From assembly GCA_963663165.1 (NCBI GenBank), contig OY760175.1:5888001-5952000 (forward strand): a DNA stretch of 64,000 nucleotides, read 5' to 3'. The notes beneath the pieces were generated by a model that was not told where the DNA came from, ran no database searches, and saw only the letters and a program-made list of their open reading frames with translations. The position numbers were made by a program, and so were the translations under genes. This DNA is from an uncultured Desulfospira sp. (lineage in GTDB: Bacteria; Desulfobacterota; Desulfobacteria; Desulfobacterales; Desulfobacteraceae). Shown piece after piece: positions 18,080 through 25,843 of the stretch. The first letter of the stretch is position 1. Every line of letters begins with the position of its first letter.

Positions 18080-18406
18080 CTAAAGCAGCCATTTGATTCC
18101 TGAATCTACCAGTGTAATCAAAAACGCCGCAATAATGGTGGTGCCAAACCCCTGAATTTCAAAATTCCTTACCAGCTTGTCCGTCAGCCATAGCACAAAT
18201 GCATTGATCACCAGCATGAACAGGCCAAAGGTGACAATGATAAACGGAAGGGAGAGCAAAACAAAGAGCCAGCCAAAGAAAAAATTGATCAAAGAGTAAA
18301 CAATGGCCACACCAACTGCGGTGAGGAACCCTTTTATGTGGATGCCGGGCAGCAGCTGGGAAACCAGGAATACAGCCACACTGAGAATCAGAATATTAAT
18401 GAGCAT
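18080..18406 (-). CDS. YvlD/phage-holin-like 4-TM membrane protein
   Basis: LSLPFIIVTFGLFMLVINAFVLWL...FEIQGF motif. Confidence 0.85.
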   Translation of the reverse strand: MLINILILSVAVFLVSQLLPGIHIKGFLTAVGVAIVYSLINFFFGWLFVLLSLPFIIVTFGLFMLVINAFVLWLTDKLVRNFEIQGFGTTIIAAFLITLVDSGIKWLL

Positions 18407-18549
18407 TGGATTTATCCTTTGTGTTTAAAGTTAAGTTCAGGTCTTATTTACGTTTTCAGAACCTTCCGGTCAAGTTTTGTTTTTATTGGCTGCCGGCAGC
18501 CACAGGGGTGCGCCGGACAATAATCTGTCTTTGAGGCCCGCCTTTTGGT

Positions 18550-18576
18550 TAAGGTTTAAGAAAAATATGCCGATTT
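18550..18576 (+). promoter_or_regulatory. sigma28 (FliA)-type promoter
   Basis: TAAGGTTT-N11-GCCGATTT against consensus TAAAGTTT-N11-GCCGATAA; second GCCGATGA box at 18664-18671. Confidence 0.65.
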
Positions 18577-18692
18577 AATTCGTTATTCTGGTTTAAAAAA
18601 AGTTCACTGTCCATGGTTGGCCACCGGCAGGCTGCAGCCCTTTTTGAAAGCCGGTGCTTAAAGGCCGATGATTATCATCAAAAGGATATATT

Positions 18693-20912
18693 ATGGGGCT
18701 TAACGTGCAATTTGGTTCTTGCAATTATACGGCTGTCGTATATTCGCTTCAAAACCGTATGGGGTTATCGGGGTACCAGAAGGAGCAGAACTTAATTTCG
18801 GTGGATTCAGCTTATGTTGACCGGGTCAGCACGGCAGCCAAAGCAAGGGCCGTAGAATATGAGGCAGATGAGCCTTTATCCGATACCCAGCTGGATCAGT
18901 TGTATTCTATTTATCTTCAACTGGGGGATGAAGATGAGTTTTACGGCCGGATCGGCAGCCTGGTTCAGGAAATGGCAGGGGCTGACCGGGACAATTTCCT
19001 TTCTGCGCTTTCCCGGGCCGGGGATGAACTTAAACCGGTTGTGCTCATGACAGAGGCCCTGGCCGGAACAGACCGATCCGGTTTCCTTGAAACTGCCGCA
19101 CGGATAGCACCGGGGGATGCCCTTTCAGGATTGATAGAGGCCGTTTCAAAGACAGACCGGGAATCCCGGGCCGGGTTTTTTGAAGTGGCGGATCAGCTGA
19201 ACCGGTCGGCTGAAAGCATCAATGCCCGGGAATTGGAAAATTTTGTGCTGGCGGCTGCGGGATCCCCGGTTGATATTCCGGCCCTGACAGCCAAAACCCT
19301 GGAATATGGGGAAAATGAAGTGAACCGGGCCAATTTTCTGGCAGCGGCTGCCGGGTCAGGCCAAAACTTATCCCAACTGATTGGGGTTGCGGATTCCCTT
19401 GAAAATAAGGATCTGTTTGATTTTCTGGCTTCCGCCGCCAGGGCGGGGCAGGGGCTTTCAAATTTGATGCAGCTTTCATCGGCTCTGGGCGGGGATGAAA
19501 GATCGGAATGGCTCAGTTTTTTAACGGATCTGGAAGACCAGAATCTGGACAATTTCCTGCTGGCAACCCATGGGGAAAAGGCGAATCTTTCCCGGCTTAC
19601 GGCCGTCACCAATGAACTTTCCGGCCAGAATAGAACACACTTTTTAGAGGTTGCCGCCAATGTGGCCGGTTCTCTTTCCCCGCTATTGGGTGTCGTGCAA
19701 AAACTTGAGGCACCGTCCGGTGATCTGGAAAATTTTCTGTCTGCCGGGATGAAGGCTGGAGACGGATTTTCGGACTTTGTGGGGATTGTTCAGGATCTGT
19801 CCGGCAGTATCCGGCGGGAAACCCTCTCTTTTGCCGCCGGCCTATCCCTGTCTGACCTGGGTTCATTTATCCAGGCGGCAAAGGAAAACAACGCCAGCGA
19901 TCTGGTTTCAACGGGCAATGACCTTGCCGGAAAGGACAAAAGCTATTTTCTTTATGCGGCCTCTGTCACCGGTGATGTCCAGGGCCTTGCGGCACAGCTG
20001 GAAGATCTTAATGAAAATGAAAAAAGCGATTTCCTCTTCATGGCGGCCAATATGGATTCCGCGCCTGGCGCTGAGTGGGAAAATTATCTTGACGATCTTG
20101 GCCAGATGGAAGAACCGGAACGGGAGGGTTATCTGTCTTCAGAACGGATGCTCACCCTTGCCGCTAAAGGCACCGATGCAACCTATGTTTATCTGAATTC
20201 CGTATTTGACGAGGAGGCCATGGCGGCTTTGCTGGGGGCAGATTCAAACCCTGATAACCTGCTGGGTGCCATTGACGAACTGGACACTGGGCAACGGCAG
20301 GCCTTTTTGGCGGCTGCCGGAAAGGCCGGCCCTGAAACCGTGCAGGATTTGATGATGGTGGCCGAAAGGCTTGACAACAGTGATGCCCAGGCGTTTAGGG
20401 CGTTGGCTCAAACGTTGAAACCCAAAAATCTGGTTAATTTTATCAACGCCGCGAAAACCGCCCTGGATGGTTCTGATTCGGGGAAAACCCGGTTAAACCG
20501 GTTGATGGATGTCACCCGGGATCTTCCGGCCCCAGTCCGGGAGGATTTTCTCAATGCCGCAGCCCGGGCAGGCCGGTCCCTGGACGGATTTCTGGACTTA
20601 ACCGGGCAGCTGGGCGGGGAACTGCGGGTGGATTTTTTAATCGCGGCGGACCGTATTGCCGACAGCCCGGGCGGGGGGCAATGGCTGTCCCTGTACATAC
20701 AGGGAACAAGCAACATGATAGAACGCAACCAAAATGAATTTTTTAACGGGGCCGTTAAACTCGGCCGGCAGTCCGGCGCGGTGCTTCTTGAGAAGTCAAT
20801 ATCCGGGACATCAACTTACAGCGTGGCCACCTATCTGAGGTCAGCGGCCTGGGTGACCGGGCCCGGGATCGACAACACCCTTAAGCAGCAGTGGATTGCG
20901 TCTTTTGTCTGA
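18693..20912 (+). CDS. Hypothetical alpha-helical tandem-repeat protein
   Basis: 739 aa; recurring ~29-aa unit (D/N)(R/L)xxFLxAAxxxGxxLxxLxxxxxxLxG; no signal peptide or TM seen. Confidence 0.8.
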   Translation: MGLNVQFGSCNYTAVVYSLQNRMGLSGYQKEQNLISVDSAYVDRVSTAAKARAVEYEADEPLSDTQLDQLYSIYLQLGDEDEFYGRIGSLVQEMAGADRDNFLSALSRAGDELKPVVLMTEALAGTDRSGFLETAARIAPGDALSGLIEAVSKTDRESRAGFFEVADQLNRSAESINARELENFVLAAAGSPVDIPALTAKTLEYGENEVNRANFLAAAAGSGQNLSQLIGVADSLENKDLFDFLASAARAGQGLSNLMQLSSALGGDERSEWLSFLTDLEDQNLDNFLLATHGEKANLSRLTAVTNELSGQNRTHFLEVAANVAGSLSPLLGVVQKLEAPSGDLENFLSAGMKAGDGFSDFVGIVQDLSGSIRRETLSFAAGLSLSDLGSFIQAAKENNASDLVSTGNDLAGKDKSYFLYAASVTGDVQGLAAQLEDLNENEKSDFLFMAANMDSAPGAEWENYLDDLGQMEEPEREGYLSSERMLTLAAKGTDATYVYLNSVFDEEAMAALLGADSNPDNLLGAIDELDTGQRQAFLAAAGKAGPETVQDLMMVAERLDNSDAQAFRALAQTLKPKNLVNFINAAKTALDGSDSGKTRLNRLMDVTRDLPAPVREDFLNAAARAGRSLDGFLDLTGQLGGELRVDFLIAADRIADSPGGGQWLSLYIQGTSNMIERNQNEFFNGAVKLGRQSGAVLLEKSISGTSTYSVATYLRSAAWVTGPGIDNTLKQQWIASFV

Positions 20913-20923
20913 GATTAATGCCG

Positions 20924-21721
20924 TCAGCGTTTCAAATCTTCCGGGATAAGGCATACCGGGATCGGGTCCATTTTATGCCGGTTGGCTGAATGGAAATTTT
21001 TAAAGATTTCCAGGACCTTTTTCTGCCGTTCATTGAGCCCTTGGTCTGCGGCCTGTTTTTCTTTGCCCACAAGGGCGTCATGGCCCATGGCCCATTCCAG
21101 CTCGGCATAGGATGCCCCGATCTGGTTTTCATCGGTCCGGTCATCTTCCCAGAGGCCGTCGGTCGGCCGGGCGTTGATGATGTCTTCAATGACCCCAAAT
21201 GCTTTTGCCACGGCATAAACTTCAGATTTCATTAAATCGGCAATGGGGGACAGGTCCACCCCGCCGTCTCCGTATTTGGTGTAAAAGCCCACCCCGAAAT
21301 CTTCCACCTTGTTCCCCGTGCCGGCCACCAGCATTTTGTGGTGGGAGGCAAAGGCGTACAGGGTGACCATGCGAAGGCGTGACCGGGTATTGGCCATGGT
21401 CAGGCCGTCCTGTATATCTTCGGGAAGCGTGGTTTTAAACTGCTCAAAGGCTGTGGTCAGGTCCACGTCAACGCCGGAGACGGTTTCATATTTGTCCTTG
21501 AGCCAGGCAATGTGGGCGCTGGACCTTGATACCTGGTCTATGGCCTGGTGAATGGGCATATTCAGGGCAATGACCGGGGCTCCGGTTGAGGCGCACAGGG
21601 TGGAGGTCACGGCCGAATCAATCCCGCCGGATACACCCACCACAAATCCCTTCATCCCGGACTGATCCAGGTAATGTTTAAGCCAGAGGGTGATGTGATC
21701 AATAACTTTTGATGTCTGCAT
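20924..21721 (-). CDS. nadE: NH3-dependent NAD+ synthetase
   Basis: GVSGGIDSAV, NTRSRLRM, GTGNKVE, FYTKYGDGG, PTDGLW. Confidence 0.95.
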   Translation of the reverse strand: MQTSKVIDHITLWLKHYLDQSGMKGFVVGVSGGIDSAVTSTLCASTGAPVIALNMPIHQAIDQVSRSSAHIAWLKDKYETVSGVDVDLTTAFEQFKTTLPEDIQDGLTMANTRSRLRMVTLYAFASHHKMLVAGTGNKVEDFGVGFYTKYGDGGVDLSPIADLMKSEVYAVAKAFGVIEDIINARPTDGLWEDDRTDENQIGASYAELEWAMGHDALVGKEKQAADQGLNERQKKVLEIFKNFHSANRHKMDPIPVCLIPEDLKR

Positions 21722-21965
21722 TTTTTTTTCTCGCTGTTGGCTGCTGGCTGTCAGCAGCCGGTTTATGGCCGAAAACAGGCGGTTTTTAAAGCATTCTGCG
21801 TCAGGGAGATCCGTTAACCCAAATCAGGGTTTTCCCACAGCCGTTATAACAGAAAATAGGCTTTAGGGAAAATCGATTGCATCTCAAATCAAAATCTAAT
21901 AAAAATGTAAATAGAAAAATTCTCCATTTCATAAATGATGGTTTAATCTGTACGAGGGAGACTGA

Positions 21966-22424
21966 ATGATGAGGTATATCCCATACATTGTAGTCGTTTT
22001 CAGCCTTCATTTTCTTGCGGGAATTGTCCTGGCCCAGGACAAAACCTATGTCGGCTCACAGGCTTGCAAAGAATGCCACGAGGGACAGTACTTAAGATTT
22101 AACCAGGATTCCAAAAAGGCCGGTTCCTTTGACAGCATCGCAAAGATGGAATCCCGTCTGACCCCTGAGGAGTTCAGGTCCTGTTTTCAGTGCCATACCA
22201 CAGGATATGGCCGGGAAGGCGGTTTTGTATCTATGTCGGAAACGCCTGATTTAAAATATCCGGGCTGTGAGGTCTGCCACGGACCGGGAAGCCTTCACGC
22301 TGAATCCGGCGATCCGGACGAAATCCAAGGCAGGGTCACCCCGGAAACCTGTGGGCAGTGCCACAGCAGCGACAGGATCAAGGTGTTTGATTTTAAGCCG
22401 TTATTGTTCGGCGGTGCCCATTAA
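21966..22424 (+). CDS. Tetraheme c-type cytochrome (c554-like)
   Basis: Signal peptide; YVGSQACKECH, CFQCH, CEVCHGPGS, CGQCH. Confidence 0.9.
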   Translation: MMRYIPYIVVVFSLHFLAGIVLAQDKTYVGSQACKECHEGQYLRFNQDSKKAGSFDSIAKMESRLTPEEFRSCFQCHTTGYGREGGFVSMSETPDLKYPGCEVCHGPGSLHAESGDPDEIQGRVTPETCGQCHSSDRIKVFDFKPLLFGGAH

Positions 22425-22448
22425 CCTGAAAAACAGGGAGCAGAACCT

Positions 22449-24122
22449 TTGAATTTCCTTAGCTTTATAAACCGGCGGCTATGGCTGAAACTTCTCATCC
22501 CGGTTTCTTTTATTGTCTTTCTTGTCATTGCTGCAAGTGTTTTGTTCAACAGCAGGTATCAGGAAAAATTGAGCCTTGGGCAGATGAGACAACAGAACCT
22601 TTCGTTATCCCAGGTGGTTGAGAGCAGCATGTTTGATTCCCTTTCAACCGGGGATAATGATGTGGTCAGACGCCAGTTTGAGCGAATCAAGGCCACCCTG
22701 CCCGGGATAAAAATATTTGTCTATGATTACAATGGCCAGGTGGCTTTTTCGACCCAGGCGGATGATGTCGGCAAACCAATCCGGACCTTTTTGCCGGATG
22801 CCGCAAAAACCGAACTGAATACCATGCTCCAGACAGGGAAAGGTTTTACAGGAGACAACCAGACCGTGCTTCACGGCGAAAGGTTTGTATTTGAAAGCCA
22901 TGTCATCCATAATGAAGCCAAATGCCATCACTGCCACGGGGAATCCAGAAAAATTCTGGGGGGGATAACGCTGTTCAGCCCGGCCGACGAAATTTTAAAC
23001 CGGATATCCAAGGGTAAAATGGTCAACTGGTTTGCCGGGGCAGCAGGGCTGCTTCTGATTATCGCCTTTGTCTGGCTGTTTTTTCATTTTTCGGTCAATC
23101 TGAAGGTCCGAATGATTCTCAATGCCATGGAGCAAATGCAGGATGGTGATTTTACCCTGGACATTGATGTTCCCAAAGGCGACGAGATGAATCATATCCT
23201 GTCCCGGATCAGCGTGGTCAGCAAAGACTTGCGCCAGGTGTTGAATCAGGTCAAGCAGGGCAGCGAGAAAATGCTTTTCGCATCAAAAGACCTGGAACAT
23301 ATTTCCGGCCGCCTGGCCGATGCCAGCACCGCCACTTCAACCCGGGCAAAAAGCGTCACAGCGGCGGCCGAAGAGATGAACACCACCAGCCAGACCATTG
23401 CCAAAGCCATGGAAAAATCGTCCGGCTCCGTGTCCAATGTGGCCCTGGCCGTTGATGAGATGTCTGCGACCGTGACGGAAATTGCCCGGAATGTGAATAC
23501 ATCCAGGGAGTTTTCCTTGAAACTGGTGAATGATTTCAGTCGTGTGGAAAAGGTGGTGGATGAGTTAAAGGTCCGGGCGGATGAAGTGGATTTCGTAACC
23601 GATGAAATCCGCGCCATAGCCGAACAGGTCAGCCTTCTGGCGCTGAACGCAAAAATTGAAGCGGCCCGGGCCGGGGAAGCCGGGAAGGGATTTGCCGTGG
23701 TTGCCGAAGAGATCACCACCCTTGCCCTGGATACGAATCATGCCACGGTTGAGGCGGATGAAAAACTTTTACGCATGAAAGAGGGGACAAAAGAAACCGT
23801 CTCTTTGATTCAGACCATCGCCAAACTGATTCAGGATACCGAAGAATCCATGAAAACCATATCTGCCGCAGTGGAAGAACAGGATGAGACCAGCCGGGAG
23901 ATTGCCGAAAGTATCGCCTCGGTATCCGACGATGTGATGCAGGTCAACGGCAGCATCGGGCAGAGTGTCGAGGGTGCCGGAGAGATTGCCCGGGACATTA
24001 CCATTGTCGGCCAGGATTCACAGGAAGTCAAAATAAACAGTGACCGGCTCAACGAAAACGCAAAACATCTGTCGGGCATGGCAAAGGATTTTGAAAAGCT
24101 GGTCAGCCGGTTTAAGGTCTGA
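22449..24122 (+). CDS. Methyl-accepting chemotaxis protein with periplasmic heme c site
   Basis: Two TM, periplasmic CHHCH, HAMP, LLALNAKIEAARAGEAGKGFAVVA signalling tip. Confidence 0.92.
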   Translation: MNFLSFINRRLWLKLLIPVSFIVFLVIAASVLFNSRYQEKLSLGQMRQQNLSLSQVVESSMFDSLSTGDNDVVRRQFERIKATLPGIKIFVYDYNGQVAFSTQADDVGKPIRTFLPDAAKTELNTMLQTGKGFTGDNQTVLHGERFVFESHVIHNEAKCHHCHGESRKILGGITLFSPADEILNRISKGKMVNWFAGAAGLLLIIAFVWLFFHFSVNLKVRMILNAMEQMQDGDFTLDIDVPKGDEMNHILSRISVVSKDLRQVLNQVKQGSEKMLFASKDLEHISGRLADASTATSTRAKSVTAAAEEMNTTSQTIAKAMEKSSGSVSNVALAVDEMSATVTEIARNVNTSREFSLKLVNDFSRVEKVVDELKVRADEVDFVTDEIRAIAEQVSLLALNAKIEAARAGEAGKGFAVVAEEITTLALDTNHATVEADEKLLRMKEGTKETVSLIQTIAKLIQDTEESMKTISAAVEEQDETSREIAESIASVSDDVMQVNGSIGQSVEGAGEIARDITIVGQDSQEVKINSDRLNENAKHLSGMAKDFEKLVSRFKV

Positions 24123-24179
24123 CCCTTATATTGCGGTATACCAAAATGGATATTTTTTAAACAAAAGGAGAGAGGGATC

Positions 24180-25019
24180 ATGAGAAAGCTTTATTTTACT
24201 TTGTTGGCGTGTTTATTCTTACTGGCAGGGGTTTGCAGTTCAGTTCAGGCGGCCACCACATTTAACAATCTGGTGGTGTTTGGGGACAGCCTTTCGGATA
24301 CCGGGAATATCGGCCGGTATTCTAATGGCGATATCTGGGTGGAAACCCTGTCCACAAATCTTGAGGCGGCCCTGTATAACTATGCCTCTGCAGGTGCCAC
24401 CACCGGCAATGACAATCCTGCAGCTGGATTGGACTACACCGGGCTTTTATGGCAGGTGGACGATACGGCAAACCTGCATTATATCCCTTCTTTAATAACG
24501 GGAACCAGCCTTGTGGCCTTATGGGCCGGCGCCAACGATTTCCTTCAAGGCCGAGACTATCAGGCGGCTGTCGATAACATCGAAATCGCCCTGGAGTCCC
24601 TGTATGATGACGGGTTCCATTATTTTATGGTGCCCAACCTTCCCGATATCGGCGCCACGCCCCTTTTTAAATATTACAAATTATCCACCGAGTCTGAAGC
24701 AGCCACTGCCTGGACCAATGCATTCAATACAGCCCTGGCGAATATGCTGGCAGACTTTGTAGCGGATGAGGAAAATGATGGTGTGGTTCTCTATTCCTTG
24801 GATATATATACTGCCTTTGGCGGGTATGAGATCGGCAGCGCGGATTGGGCGGCGCTTTTCTGGACTGACTACTTTCATCCATCTTCCACGGGCCATGCGC
24901 TGATTGCCAGCATTGCCGGAAGTGCTGTTCCTGTTCCCCATACGGCCTTTCTTCTGGTGACCGGGCTTCTGGGGCTTACCCTGGCCGGCCGGAAATGGCG
25001 GAACAGAATTCAGGGATGA
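24180..25019 (+). CDS. SGNH/GDSL hydrolase with PEP-CTERM-type sorting signal
   Basis: Signal peptide; VFGDSLSD, NYASAGA, WAGANDF, WTDYFHPS; C-terminus AVPVPH + TM + RKWRNR. Confidence 0.9.
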   Translation: MRKLYFTLLACLFLLAGVCSSVQAATTFNNLVVFGDSLSDTGNIGRYSNGDIWVETLSTNLEAALYNYASAGATTGNDNPAAGLDYTGLLWQVDDTANLHYIPSLITGTSLVALWAGANDFLQGRDYQAAVDNIEIALESLYDDGFHYFMVPNLPDIGATPLFKYYKLSTESEAATAWTNAFNTALANMLADFVADEENDGVVLYSLDIYTAFGGYEIGSADWAALFWTDYFHPSSTGHALIASIAGSAVPVPHTAFLLVTGLLGLTLAGRKWRNRIQG

Positions 25020-25107
25020 TTATGGAATTCAGGGTCATCTTACATAATTCCAAATAATTAAGTAAGATGACCATCGATATAAAATTTAAGTTAGATCTCC
25101 AATAAAA

Positions 25108-25185
25108 GGGACTTGGGATATGGGACCTGAGACTTGGGGATTGCAGCATCCACGGCCTCCCCAAGTCCCATATCCCAAGTCTCAA
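25108..25185. repeat. Heptamer (GGGACTT/GGGATAT) repeat hairpin
   Basis: Five heptamers, a loop, then the complementary CCCAAGT/CCCATAT units; between convergent genes; relative at 31148-31224. Confidence 0.8.
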
Positions 25186-25250
25186 TTTTATACCATCCAT
25201 ACTCACATATTAAAACACCTAAAGGGTACAATTCGGGTTTCCGGCAGGGT

Positions 25251-25814
25251 TCATGCAGGATCAGGGGTTCGGGCATGCTGCCGGATATACTCGTAAAGCA
25301 GGATGGAGGCGGCCACGCTGACGTTCAGGCTCTGGGACTTGCCGAACTGGGGGATGCTCAGCCGCTGAATTTCAGGGAACAGGTCCGGTTCAAAGCTGAT
25401 GCCGAATTCTTCATGACCGAAGATGAAGGCGCTTTTGGCGGGGAAACTGGTTCCGGTAAGGGGCGTCCCGGCCCCGGGCTCCAGGGTGAACAGGGTGTAT
25501 CCCCTGGCCACAAGATCGGTGTAGCAGTGGTAAAATTCCCTGTAAAATCTTGCCGGGACCCATTTAAATGCTCCCATGCCCGGTGCCGGGTCAAAAAATT
25601 CAATGCCCACCAGATGGATTTCTCTTGCCCCGAAGGCTTCGGCGCTCCGGAAGATTTTGCCGATATTGTAGGTGGGTTTGAGATGGTCCAGGACAATAAT
25701 GCAGTCGTGGATGCCGGGATCGGCCAGCATGTTTTTGTTTTTTTGCCGTCGGAACCTTCGTCTGGCCATTTCCCGCTCGAATTTTAACTGCTGCCTGATT
25801 TTATGGGGCCCCAT
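25251..25814 (-). CDS. TrmH/SpoU family RNA methyltransferase
   Basis: NIGKIFRSAEAFG, IFGHEEFGI, IPQFGKSQSLNVSVAA. Confidence 0.9.
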   Translation of the reverse strand: MGPHKIRQQLKFEREMARRRFRRQKNKNMLADPGIHDCIIVLDHLKPTYNIGKIFRSAEAFGAREIHLVGIEFFDPAPGMGAFKWVPARFYREFYHCYTDLVARGYTLFTLEPGAGTPLTGTSFPAKSAFIFGHEEFGISFEPDLFPEIQRLSIPQFGKSQSLNVSVAASILLYEYIRQHARTPDPA

Positions 25815-25843
25815 GGATGGTCCTTCTTGCGTCTATCCGGAAA

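Noticed and set aside
18080..18406. Prophage, based on the holin-like gene
   Set aside because: YvlD-like proteins are common in chromosomes and no other phage genes are present.
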